The position numbers and the translations under genes were made by a program. A stretch of 46,153 nucleotides of DNA from a virus (lineage: Duplodnaviria; Caudoviricetes), in IMG/VR virus record IMGVR_UViG_3300024325_000001, positions 1 through 46,153 of that record; one strand, given 5' to 3'. Positions 37,255-45,768 of this stretch are shown here, one piece after another (position 1 is the stretch's first letter; every line of letters begins with the position of its first letter). The notes under the pieces were generated by a model. That model ran no database searches and was not told the origin of the DNA. It saw only the letters and a list, made by a program, of their open reading frames with translations.

Positions 37255-38165
37255 AGCGCCCGCTGCTTGTTCTGCTGGGCTTGCTGCTCGCAAGCTCGGC
37301 CCTTCCGCAAAGCTTACCGTTCCCCGGTCCTGGCGGCATCGCCGGCTTTGCCTGCACCGGCGGGACGATCACCACCAATGGCACCAAGACGATCCACACC
37401 TTCACCGGCAGCAGCACGCTGACCTGCGCGGGTGGATCCAAGACCACGGCGTCGCTTCTGGTGGTCGCTGGCGGCGCTTCGGGCGGCGGCGGCACGGCAG
37501 GCGGCGGTACAGGTGGCGGCGGGGGCGCAGGCGGCGTTTGCGAGAACACCAACACATACACGCTCACCTCCACGAGCTACACGATCACGGTCGGCGCGGG
37601 CGGCGTCCATCCGACAGGCGCAAACGTCCGCGGCAACCCCGGCACGGACAGCGTTTTTGACGTCTCCGGCACGCCGGTTACGGCCAAGGGTGGTGGCGGG
37701 GGCGCGGCCAACACCAACACCACCGGCGCAGCCGGCGGCTCGTCGGGCGGCGGTGCTTTCAACGGCGGCGGATCGTCGGCGATCACGCAAGTCTCGCCAT
37801 CGGGCGGCGTCAACTGCTTCGGCAACATTGGCGGCACAGGCTCGACGGCGACCACGACGTCGCAGGCAGGCGGCGGTGGCGCAGGCGGTGTGGGCGCCAA
37901 CGGTGTCAACGGTGTGGGTGGCGGCAACGGCGGCGCACCGCGCGCATCCTCGATCACCGGCTCGGCAATCAACTATGCGGCCGGCGGCGGGGGATCGTCA
38001 GAGAGCTCGCCTGCGGGCAGCGGTGGCGATGCTTGCGCGGGAGCGGGCGAACGGCGCACTGTCAGCAACGCAACCAGCGCTACGGCAGCAGGATGCGGCG
38101 GCGGAGGCGGGTACGACAACGCGCCCGGCGACGGTTTCCGCGGCGTCGTGATCGTCTCCTACTGA
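37251..38165 (+). CDS. Glycine-rich domain (tail-associated) protein with Sec signal peptide (304 aa)
   Basis: GTGA-coupled; MKRPLLVLLGLLLASSA; TIHTFTGS, LVVAGGASGG, GGGGAGG, YTITVGAGG and GVVIVSY signatures; six Cys. Confidence 0.8.
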   Translation: MKRPLLVLLGLLLASSALPQSLPFPGPGGIAGFACTGGTITTNGTKTIHTFTGSSTLTCAGGSKTTASLLVVAGGASGGGGTAGGGTGGGGGAGGVCENTNTYTLTSTSYTITVGAGGVHPTGANVRGNPGTDSVFDVSGTPVTAKGGGGGAANTNTTGAAGGSSGGGAFNGGGSSAITQVSPSGGVNCFGNIGGTGSTATTTSQAGGGGAGGVGANGVNGVGGGNGGAPRASSITGSAINYAAGGGGSSESSPAGSGGDACAGAGERRTVSNATSATAAGCGGGGGYDNAPGDGFRGVVIVSY

Positions 38166-39361
38166 TGAAGTATCTCGCCTTCTTCGTTACGGTTTTGTTC
38201 GTTCAGGGCATCCCAGGACCGGCCACAACGCCTCGCTGGGCGCTCCTGATGCTGGTCATGCCTATCCTTTGGTATAGGCATCCTAACCGTTTGACGGTGG
38301 CCCACCTGCTGGGCGCTTGTTTTCTCGCGTGGGCAGCGTTCTCGCTAAGCTGGACCTTCAATTTCTACGACGGCTTGCGCGCGATGCTGCTGTTTGGCCT
38401 TTTGTCGCTGGTGTTTTGCGCCGCGCCGTCGTCACTTCGGTCCGTCTACGGCGCAATGGCGATTGGGCTCGCGGTCAACAGCGCGGTCTCCGTCGCCCAG
38501 GTTTACGGGTGGGACGTTTTGTCGCAGGCTGCGATCCCCGGAGGGCTGTTTTTCAATAAGAATTTTGCCGGCGAACTGGCAGCGATGGTGCTCGTCGGTG
38601 TGATCGCCTCGCGGCTATGGTGGGCGATCCCCGGTATCCTGCCAACGCTGTGGCTAAGCTATTGCCGCGGTGCATTTTTCGCTTTAGCAGTTCTTTCTAT
38701 CTGGTTGATATATAAGAAAAATCGCTTCATAGCGGTGGCGCTTGCCGGAGTAGGACTGGAGCTGATTGCCTATCTCGTTCTCAGGCATGACACCGGGCTT
38801 TGGACGCCTAGCTTTAACCAGCGGATCGACCTCTGGCTCGACGCCTGGGACGGCTCTACCTTTTGGGGGCATGGTCTTGGCTCGTTCTACACGACATTCC
38901 CCGAACACGCGACGCGGCTCGACTCGCTGCTGTTTCGGCCGAGCTCGGCGCACGCCGATCTGTTCAATCTGACCTATGAACTTGGTCCCGGCGTGCTTTT
39001 GGTGTTAGGTCTGTTACTGTACGCATGGCTTGCGCGGCCGCTGCGCGCCGAGCACTACGTTCTGATCGTGTTTTTGTCGGAGGGTCTCGTTGCTTTCCCG
39101 CTGTATATGCCTGCTACGTCGTTTCTCGCGGTTCTTGTTCTTGGTAGTCTTTGCCGCGATCGGCCTGGACTGCACAGTTCGCTCGCTTGGAGCCGAGCTC
39201 GAGTTTTATTGGGCCAAGCGCTCCGATACGGTTGGGCAAGCCCTGTTTCACCTGCATCGCGCCTCGATCATGTGGCCGCTGGACTACCCGATGCGGGCGG
39301 CTCCGGCGTACTTCTGGGTGGCGACACGGCTTTACGTGGCTCGGGAGTTCGCCATTCCTGA
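38165..39361 (+). CDS. O-antigen ligase/O-oligosaccharyltransferase-like (Wzy_C) polytopic membrane protein
   Basis: Many TM segments; GLFFNKN, SYCRGAF, RIDLW, FWGHGLGSF, AHADLFNLTYELG and FPLYMP motifs; TGATG coupling. Confidence 0.85.
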   Translation: MKYLAFFVTVLFVQGIPGPATTPRWALLMLVMPILWYRHPNRLTVAHLLGACFLAWAAFSLSWTFNFYDGLRAMLLFGLLSLVFCAAPSSLRSVYGAMAIGLAVNSAVSVAQVYGWDVLSQAAIPGGLFFNKNFAGELAAMVLVGVIASRLWWAIPGILPTLWLSYCRGAFFALAVLSIWLIYKKNRFIAVALAGVGLELIAYLVLRHDTGLWTPSFNQRIDLWLDAWDGSTFWGHGLGSFYTTFPEHATRLDSLLFRPSSAHADLFNLTYELGPGVLLVLGLLLYAWLARPLRAEHYVLIVFLSEGLVAFPLYMPATSFLAVLVLGSLCRDRPGLHSSLAWSRARVLLGQALRYGWASPVSPASRLDHVAAGLPDAGGSGVLLGGDTALRGSGVRHS

Positions 39362-39503
39362 TATCAAGGCTGCGCTTGTGCGCAACCCGAACGCCGCTGA
39401 TTTGTGGTACGCTTTGGCCGAATACGAGGAAGCTGGCGGCGAGGATGCGACGGAGGCCCGCAAGCATCTACGCGCACTTTGGATGAACTACGATCGGAGA
39501 TAA
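39090..39503 (+). CDS. Overprinted membrane-anchored TPR-like protein (+1 frame)
   Basis: GGAGG at 39079-83 before TTG 39090; basic plus hydrophobic N-terminus; IKAALVRNPNAADLWYALAEYE TPR-like motif; fills the gap up to the endolysin. Confidence 0.6.
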   Translation: MLSRCICLLRRFSRFLFLVVFAAIGLDCTVRSLGAELEFYWAKRSDTVGQALFHLHRASIMWPLDYPMRAAPAYFWVATRLYVAREFAIPDIKAALVRNPNAADLWYALAEYEEAGGEDATEARKHLRALWMNYDRR

Positions 39504-39505
39504 CG

Positions 39506-40021
39506 ATGAAGTGCCCAGATAATGCTCCCAAGTGGCTTCAGGCAGCGTGGAAAGAAATTGGCACGCACGAGGTAGGAAATAATGGCGGCCCTTCAGTTCA
39601 GCGCTACTGCAACCTTGCTCATTGCGGCGAACAAGGCCAGCCGTGGTGTGCAATTTTTGCCAATGCGATGCTGGAAAGCAGCGGCATTGCGGGAACGCGC
39701 TCGCCAGCATCGCAATCCTTTCGTCATGATACTGATTTTGTTCAGCTATCTGGACCTGCGTTGGGCGCTATCGCAGTCTTTTGGCGAACGTCGCGCGCAT
39801 CTGGTCTCGGGCACGTCGGTTTTTATTGCGGTGAGCGGAATGGTTTTGTGTGGACGCTAGGTGGGAATGAATCGGACATGGTGCAAATCGAGATGCTGGC
39901 AAAACAAGCAAGCACTTTCGGCCTCATTGGTTACTTCTGGCCAAAAGCGGTCAAACTACCAATTGTAGGGCCGATAATGGTTGCAGCTAATATTCCGAGC
40001 CATCAGGTGTCGGTGGTCTAG
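39506..40021 (+). CDS. Endolysin, TIGR02594/CHAP-like amidase
   Basis: PKWLQAAWKEIG, PWCAIFAN, GAIAVFWR, GHVGF and LGGNESD motifs. Confidence 0.85.
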   Translation: MKCPDNAPKWLQAAWKEIGTHEVGNNGGPSVQRYCNLAHCGEQGQPWCAIFANAMLESSGIAGTRSPASQSFRHDTDFVQLSGPALGAIAVFWRTSRASGLGHVGFYCGERNGFVWTLGGNESDMVQIEMLAKQASTFGLIGYFWPKAVKLPIVGPIMVAANIPSHQVSVV

Positions 40022-40074
40022 ATTGTGTCCACACGAGGACTATGATACAACCCGTTTAGCGGCAAGGGGATTTT

Positions 40075-40371
40075 ATGAACAACGCCCAATTTCTCAGTCT
40101 CCTTCGTACCCTCCTTCAGATCGCCGGGACTGCTGTCGTTGCTCACGGCACGCTGGGCATCAACGGCGCAATGTGGGAGCAAATCTCTGGTGCGATCATC
40201 ATGCTTGCTCCTATCATCTGGTCGATGTTTGCTCACACTGATACTGCTCAGCTCAAGGCCGTTGAGGCGATGCCCGACGTCAAGAAAATTGTTGTCGACA
40301 CGACGGCGCCCCCCGATGGAGCCGCAGCCGCGCTTGCTGATCCAACACGACCGAAAGTGGTGAGCCAATGA
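40075..40371 (+). CDS. Putative holin
   Basis: Two TM segments; directly follows the endolysin. Confidence 0.7.
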   Translation: MNNAQFLSLLRTLLQIAGTAVVAHGTLGINGAMWEQISGAIIMLAPIIWSMFAHTDTAQLKAVEAMPDVKKIVVDTTAPPDGAAAALADPTRPKVVSQ

Positions 40372-40712
40372 GACGTTTGATCCCCGTTCTACTGGCGTTT
40401 GCACTTGCGGGTTGCGCGAGCATCGCTAATCCGCTCACGTCGTCGCGTCTCGACACGATCAACGCCTCCTGGGGCGCGACGCTTGCGATCAGCGCCAACT
40501 ACCGCGATGCCTGCGCTCAGCGCTTGATCCCGCCGTCCTGCCGCCCGATCGTCGTCCGCATTCAGCAGGCTGCGATCCCGGTACAGGCGGCCGTACAGGC
40601 GGCCAACAGGGCTTCGGTCGGCGGCCAGCTAAACGCCGTCGCACTGGTCGAAAGCGCCAGCCAGATCATCAATGACTACAAGCTTCTCCAGATGCAATAT
40701 GGGATCAAGTGA
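40368..40712 (+). CDS. Lipoprotein (spanin-like)
   Basis: Lipobox LAGC after MRRLIPVLLAFA. Confidence 0.7.
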   Translation: MRRLIPVLLAFALAGCASIANPLTSSRLDTINASWGATLAISANYRDACAQRLIPPSCRPIVVRIQQAAIPVQAAVQAANRASVGGQLNAVALVESASQIINDYKLLQMQYGIK

Positions 40713-40960
40713 TGGACCCGTCAGCAATCGCCAGCATCGTTCTCACTGCGGTCTCAACTTTGATTAAGGTCGCTCCACAAGTCGTTCAAACCGTTAAGGA
40801 TTTCAAGCCTTACGCTGAGGCTTTGTACGGCGAGTTGACGGGGCAGGCTCCAAACGACGATCAGCGGGCGACGCTGGCGGCCGGTATCGACGCCCTATTC
40901 GCGCGGCTCGAGACACCTCTCCCTCCTGCGCAACCAGGTGACCCTGACTACGTTGCCTGA
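40709..40960 (+). CDS. Hypothetical lysis-cassette protein
   Basis: Amphipathic N-terminus; overlaps the upstream stop. Confidence 0.55.
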   Translation: MMDPSAIASIVLTAVSTLIKVAPQVVQTVKDFKPYAEALYGELTGQAPNDDQRATLAAGIDALFARLETPLPPAQPGDPDYVA

Positions 40961-40962
40961 GT

Positions 40963-41379
40963 ATGGCAAAGCGTGCGCGAATGAAAGCTCGGCATACCCA
41001 CTACGACGTGGATGCGACGATCACGCCTGAGACCAAGTTCAAGGTCTCTATGGTGCAGATGTTCAGCATTGCCGCAGGCATCTTCTTTGTGGCGATCGGC
41101 TACGCCTACCTCACCTACAACGTGGTGGATATCAAGGCTGTCCAGACTGATGCGCTAACCAAGACTGCAGCGGCCATCAAAGAGCAGGACGAGAAGCGCA
41201 ACACGCTCGGCAAGCAGTTCCTCGACAGCAACGAGAAGATCGCGGCTGCTGTGACCACGCTCGCCACGCAGATGGCGGTACAGCAGGAACGGCAGAAGTC
41301 GACCGACGAGAAGCTGGAGAAGGTTTTGACCCAGATCAGCTCTACTCTATCGCCACAGTCAGTCGGGCCTCGCCGATAA
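40963..41379 (+). CDS. TM + coiled-coil protein (i-spanin-like)
   Basis: FSIAAGIFFVAIGYAYL followed by a long coiled coil. Confidence 0.55.
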   Translation: MAKRARMKARHTHYDVDATITPETKFKVSMVQMFSIAAGIFFVAIGYAYLTYNVVDIKAVQTDALTKTAAAIKEQDEKRNTLGKQFLDSNEKIAAAVTTLATQMAVQQERQKSTDEKLEKVLTQISSTLSPQSVGPRR

Positions 41380-41460
41380 GTGCAATACCCCAGTTCGACG
41401 TCCATTGGTCTGGCGCTCATTGTGATGGGGTTTGTCCTGCTCGCGTGGTCGTTCCGGTGA
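41380..41460 (+). CDS. 26-aa single-TM peptide (not in ORF track)
   Basis: MQYPSSTSIGLALIVMGFVLLAWSFR, starting right after the upstream stop. Confidence 0.4.
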   Translation: MQYPSSTSIGLALIVMGFVLLAWSFR

Positions 41461-41475
41461 CCTTCACACGCCGCA

Positions 41476-41504
41476 TTGACATTTTGGCGCAAGACGTTGA
41501 AAAT
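41476..41504 (+). promoter_or_regulatory. Sigma70-like promoter for the scaffold/capsid genes
   Basis: TTGACA-17 bp-GAAAAT. Confidence 0.55.
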
Positions 41505-41513
41505 GCAGTCTTC

Positions 41514-41586
41514 CGACTGGTGGCCGTAAGTCACCGCACCGCGTCGCTCCCGTAAGGAGCCCCACGACTGGCGGCCGTAAGCCCGC
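41514..41586 (+). promoter_or_regulatory. Three tandem hairpins with CGTAA loops in the scaffold 5' leader
   Basis: GGTGGC-CGTAA-GTCACC, GCTCC-CGTAA-GGAGC and GCGGC-CGTAA-GCCCGC. Confidence 0.7.
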
Positions 41587-41601
41587 TGCAGGAGAAGTGA
41601 A

Positions 41602-42381
41602 ATGGCAGGCGAGGAAGACGATCTCCCGACCGAAGAAGGAACACCGAATGAAGGGCTCGAAGCCGAAGCGGATGCCACAGATCCCGATAGCGAAAACCCA
41701 GAAGATGGGGTCGATCCTGAAGGGGCCGCCGAAGGTGACGGGGCGAGTGCTGGCGAAGGTCAGCAAGTAGACGGCGAACCGGCGCGACGCCAACCTTCAC
41801 GCGGCGAAGTCCGGTTCCAGAAGCTCTCGCAGACCGCCAAGGAGGCGACCGAGCGAGCGACACGCGCCGAGAACGCAGCACGCGAATTGCAGGAGCGGAT
41901 CGCTCGGCTTGAGCGGCCCGCGCAGGCGACACCACAGGGGCCAACCCCAGAGCAGATTGCTCTGATGACCCCAGACGAGCTTATCAACTACCGGCTCAGC
42001 GAGTCGGACAAGCGGTTCCAAGCGACACTAGGACAAATTCAGTGGCAGACCTACGAGACAGGCGACAAGGCGGCCTTCAACGCTCTGAAGGCGACCGACC
42101 CGCTTGCCGCGAAGTACGCCGATGAGGTCGAAACGCGCCTTCAGCAGATGCGCGCAGCAGGACAGAACGTCGATCGTGAGCGTCTTCTGACGTACATCAT
42201 CGGCGAAAAGGCAAGGGCCGGAAGGAGCGTCGCAAAGCAGCGGCAGCAGGCACAGGGTCAGCAGCGCATCGCGCGACAGACCGTGCGCCCCGGAGCGGCG
42301 AGAAGCGATACCGCGGGCAACCGCGGCAAGGTGTCGGAGCAGGAGGCGCGCGATAAGCGCCTGGAGAATATAACTTTCTGA
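41602..42381 (+). CDS. Scaffolding protein
   Basis: Acidic disordered N-terminus, RFQKL coiled coil, directly upstream of the capsid gene. Confidence 0.8.
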   Translation: MAGEEDDLPTEEGTPNEGLEAEADATDPDSENPEDGVDPEGAAEGDGASAGEGQQVDGEPARRQPSRGEVRFQKLSQTAKEATERATRAENAARELQERIARLERPAQATPQGPTPEQIALMTPDELINYRLSESDKRFQATLGQIQWQTYETGDKAAFNALKATDPLAAKYADEVETRLQQMRAAGQNVDRERLLTYIIGEKARAGRSVAKQRQQAQGQQRIARQTVRPGAARSDTAGNRGKVSEQEARDKRLENITF

Positions 42382-42419
42382 ACCCCGCCATGCGGCGTGG
42401 TTCGTTCTAGGAGCGAGAA

Positions 42420-43772
42420 ATGGCCACGAACGCAGCCTCTCAGTTTTCTTCGGATATTGAAAACTACATCGCCGACAAAACCCTCCCTCTCGCTCGCCGC
42501 ACCCTTGTCGCCTACCAGTTTGGCGACCCAGCCACGCTCCCTAAAGGACGCGGCACGACCTACACGGCGACACGGTTCAACCGCATTCCGCTGCCGTTCT
42601 CGCCCCTGAGTGAAGGCGTCCCGCCGATCGGCGAGACGATGACCATCTCCCAGGTCAGCGCGACTGCCCAGCAGTGGGGCGATAAGGTCACGATCACCGA
42701 CGTAGCCGAGCTCACCATCAAGCATCCGCTGGTGCAGAAGGCGCAGGAGCTGATTGGCCTGCAGATCGGCGAAACGCTGGATCGCAATACCTTCAACAGC
42801 ATTCTGGCCGGCACGACCCAGATCAACTACGTCAATACCCGCGGCTCGCGGGCATCCCTCGTCGCCGGCGACGTTCTCAACCCTCACGAGATCAACCGCG
42901 CAGTTGGCGCCTTGTCGACGATCGGCTCGCCCCGCTACATGGGCGACGAACAGACCGATATCAAAGTCCAGGCCGACTCCGGCGGCGCCAAGGCGTCAAG
43001 CAATCCGCGCCAGATGGCGCATTATCCGTCCATTCTCCATCCGCTGGTCGTGCAGGATCTGCGCGAGAACTCCACCATCGTCACCGCCTGGTCCTACAGC
43101 GATATCAATCGGCTCTACAACGCCGAAGTGGGCGAGTGGGGCGGGGTGCGGTTCTGCTCATCGAACCTCGTGCCGACGTTCCTTGGTGCGACCGCAGTGC
43201 AGGGCGTGGCTTCCACGCAAGGCTCGCTGGCGACCGGCAACTATGTCATCCAGGTCACCGGCTCCGACACCCAGAACCAGTACGAGTCGATCATCAGTGC
43301 CGTATCGAACGCGGTCGCGGTGGTCGGCCCGAACGGCTCGATCGACGTCACGCTGCCGAGCACGGCTGGCTATACGTGGAACGTCTACATCAGCGGTCTC
43401 GGCCTCACGAGCCTGCTCAATCTCGGCCTGACCACCTCCGGTCCGACCATCGGCCCGCAAGCCGGGCAGGCGACGCAGCTCACCGGCGGTACCACTGTTA
43501 CGATCACCGGCCTGGGCACGGCCCAGACGCCGCCGGCGGTGCCTGGGGTTGGCATTACGGTCTATCCGACCTTCATCTTCGGTCGGGGAAGCTATGCCCA
43601 GGTCAGTCTGGATGAAGTGAAGATCACGGCGTTGTTTGGTGCGGACAAGTCAGACCCCTTAAATCAACTTCGAGTTGTGGGGTGGAAAGTGTTCTACGGC
43701 ACGTTGATATCTAACGCCGCTTTTATGATGAGAATTGAAAGCACTAGCGCCTTCTCCTCATCCTTCGGTTAA
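42420..43772 (+). CDS. Major capsid protein, N4-gp56 family, with inserted beta domain
   Basis: LPKGRGTT, PLSEGVPP, QWGDKVTITD, EVGEWGGVRF and DKSDPLNQLRVVGWK motifs. Confidence 0.9.
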   Translation: MATNAASQFSSDIENYIADKTLPLARRTLVAYQFGDPATLPKGRGTTYTATRFNRIPLPFSPLSEGVPPIGETMTISQVSATAQQWGDKVTITDVAELTIKHPLVQKAQELIGLQIGETLDRNTFNSILAGTTQINYVNTRGSRASLVAGDVLNPHEINRAVGALSTIGSPRYMGDEQTDIKVQADSGGAKASSNPRQMAHYPSILHPLVVQDLRENSTIVTAWSYSDINRLYNAEVGEWGGVRFCSSNLVPTFLGATAVQGVASTQGSLATGNYVIQVTGSDTQNQYESIISAVSNAVAVVGPNGSIDVTLPSTAGYTWNVYISGLGLTSLLNLGLTTSGPTIGPQAGQATQLTGGTTVTITGLGTAQTPPAVPGVGITVYPTFIFGRGSYAQVSLDEVKITALFGADKSDPLNQLRVVGWKVFYGTLISNAAFMMRIESTSAFSSSFG

Positions 43773-43793
43773 GTAACAGTCAGGGGTAATACT

Positions 43794-44138
43794 ATGGCTT
43801 TACTTACGCTAGGATCGAACGCCACAACCACTCTGGCGGCCCTTCGCTTCGTTCAGAGCATGAACGCTACGGACCTGGCGGCACTTGCCGCCAGGATCCT
43901 CGACGATCGCTCCAACGACAGCGGGCAGCTTGCCCAGACCGCGCCTTCTGCCAAGCCCATCTGGCCGGGCGCGTTCAACTCGGGTGGTCAGCTCTATATT
44001 CCGAACCGGGGCGTGCTTCAGTGTCTCCCCGGTGATTACGTCGCCGTCGACGCCAATGGCTGGCCGATCCTGTTGTCGGCCAACGCCATTGCCGGCGGCG
44101 CCGCTCCTTCCGCCGCAACCTCATGGACGCACACCTGA
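43794..44138 (+). CDS. Putative head-associated protein
   Basis: Follows the capsid gene; LYIPNRGVL..LPGDYVAVD..GWPIL. Confidence 0.6.
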   Translation: MALLTLGSNATTTLAALRFVQSMNATDLAALAARILDDRSNDSGQLAQTAPSAKPIWPGAFNSGGQLYIPNRGVLQCLPGDYVAVDANGWPILLSANAIAGGAAPSAATSWTHT

Positions 44139-44566
44139 TGGCTCCCTCCCGTCGTATTGACCGCTCCAAAGTCCCGCCCGAGATGCTTGCCAAGGCGCGC
44201 GAGCAGGCGTTGCTCAAGCAAGCTCGCATCATGGCCGAGCAGGAGCTTGGCATCAGCAGCGAGGACGTCCCGGTGCAAAAAGGACCGTTGGGCGATGAGG
44301 GTGAATTGGAGGCGGTCTACATCAATTTCGCCGATTATATCGACCGCATCACGCTGGATGGCGTGACCTACATGCACGGCCGCACCTACGACCTGCCGAA
44401 GGCCAAGGCCGACGTCGTGCGCGAGCAGATGGCTCGGTCGTGGCGGCATCAGGCCGAGATCGAAGGCAAAGACGAGCCCAACTTCTACCAGAAGCAGCAG
44501 CTCGCCAACACCGCCGTTCGCCTGTCTCCCAAGAAGGGCACTGCCCGCGTTCAACTTGCTTCCTAG
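44138..44566 (+). CDS. Hypothetical protein
   Basis: TGATG coupling; ITLDGVTYMHGRTY. Confidence 0.6.
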   Translation: MAPSRRIDRSKVPPEMLAKAREQALLKQARIMAEQELGISSEDVPVQKGPLGDEGELEAVYINFADYIDRITLDGVTYMHGRTYDLPKAKADVVREQMARSWRHQAEIEGKDEPNFYQKQQLANTAVRLSPKKGTARVQLAS

Positions 44567-44577
44567 AAGGATCATAC

Positions 44578-45006
44578 ATGCCCGACGATACTCCTGCCGG
44601 CACTGCACCTGCGCTTGGCTTCTCCATCACATTCAATATCCACGACCGAAGCCAGATCATCGCCCAGTCATTCGTTCCGTTCGAGGCTTCCGACGATCAG
44701 GTCAACGCCGCACTCGACAAGGTAATGCGGGCGCTGGACCGGCAGGCGGCGAAATATCAGGTCAAGGACTTGCGGAAGAAGCTGGAGTTTGAGGAGATCG
44801 CGCTCAAGAACCAGGTCGAGAAGGTGGCCGACTTCCAGAATGCAGCTGCGGCCGAGCACGCCAGCAGCGGGCGCCGCGGCGAGTTCAAGCTGAACAAGCA
44901 GCAAGAGGTCGGCTTGGAGAACCATCGCAAGACGATCGAGGGCATGAAGTACAACGTCGAGCGGTACAGGGTGAATATCGCCGAGCTCGAGGCGATGATA
45001 AGGTGA
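44578..45006 (+). CDS. Hypothetical coiled-coil protein
   Basis: AAGGA RBS; start MPDDTPAG. Confidence 0.6.
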   Translation: MPDDTPAGTAPALGFSITFNIHDRSQIIAQSFVPFEASDDQVNAALDKVMRALDRQAAKYQVKDLRKKLEFEEIALKNQVEKVADFQNAAAAEHASSGRRGEFKLNKQQEVGLENHRKTIEGMKYNVERYRVNIAELEAMIR

Positions 45007-45012
45007 GGCAGG

Positions 45013-45768
45013 ATGGCGCAGACAGCGGCTCAAATCTGTTCGCTCGCGCGCCAGATCGCGAAGTGCCCTAACTACCTGACCCAATCGGGCCAGCTTCTCA
45101 ACGTCATTTTGGAGGAGCTGGCGCAGGACTATGACTTCGAGGTCGCGCGCAAGACCGCGACCGGCAACTTCAACACCACGACGATCTCCGGTCCCGGCAA
45201 CCAATATATCCCTGGCACCGGGCCGAACGCGCTTCCGGCCGACTTCCTGCGCGCGGAGCGTAACGAGATCATCTGGTATCTGAATGGTGTGCGCTACGTC
45301 CTGATTAACTTCGATCAGGCGCAGTTCGACATGCAGGTGCAGACGCCGGGCTTCAGCTCCTATCCGGTGAATTATTACGTCGACATGGCTGACACGCCGG
45401 CCTCGCCGCCCAATTTCTACGTGTGGCCGCCAGCCTCGGGGCAGTATCCGTGGACGTGTCGCTATTTCCCGCAGAAGGCTGATATCGCCACGCCGGAGAC
45501 CAGCGCGGTCTCGCCGTGGTTTCCCAACCAGATGTACCTGATTACGCGGCTGGCCGGCGAACTGATGCGGATCACCAACGATGACCGGGCGTCGCTGTTT
45601 CTCGGCGATAACGAGGATCAGGGCGTCATCGGCGCCGGTGCGATCCTTCGCAAATACCTGCGGATGAAGGACAACCCGGAAGACCGGGTGAACACGGTCA
45701 AGCTCGATCGCCGCCGGTTCGGCAAGAGCTTCTACAATCTCCCGAACACAAAACTCGTCGGCTGGTGA
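45013..45768 (+). CDS. Head-tail adaptor protein
   Basis: AAQICSLARQ..., LPADFLR, YPVNYY and FYVWPP motifs; precedes the nozzle-like gene. Confidence 0.75.
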   Translation: MAQTAAQICSLARQIAKCPNYLTQSGQLLNVILEELAQDYDFEVARKTATGNFNTTTISGPGNQYIPGTGPNALPADFLRAERNEIIWYLNGVRYVLINFDQAQFDMQVQTPGFSSYPVNYYVDMADTPASPPNFYVWPPASGQYPWTCRYFPQKADIATPETSAVSPWFPNQMYLITRLAGELMRITNDDRASLFLGDNEDQGVIGAGAILRKYLRMKDNPEDRVNTVKLDRRRFGKSFYNLPNTKLVGW

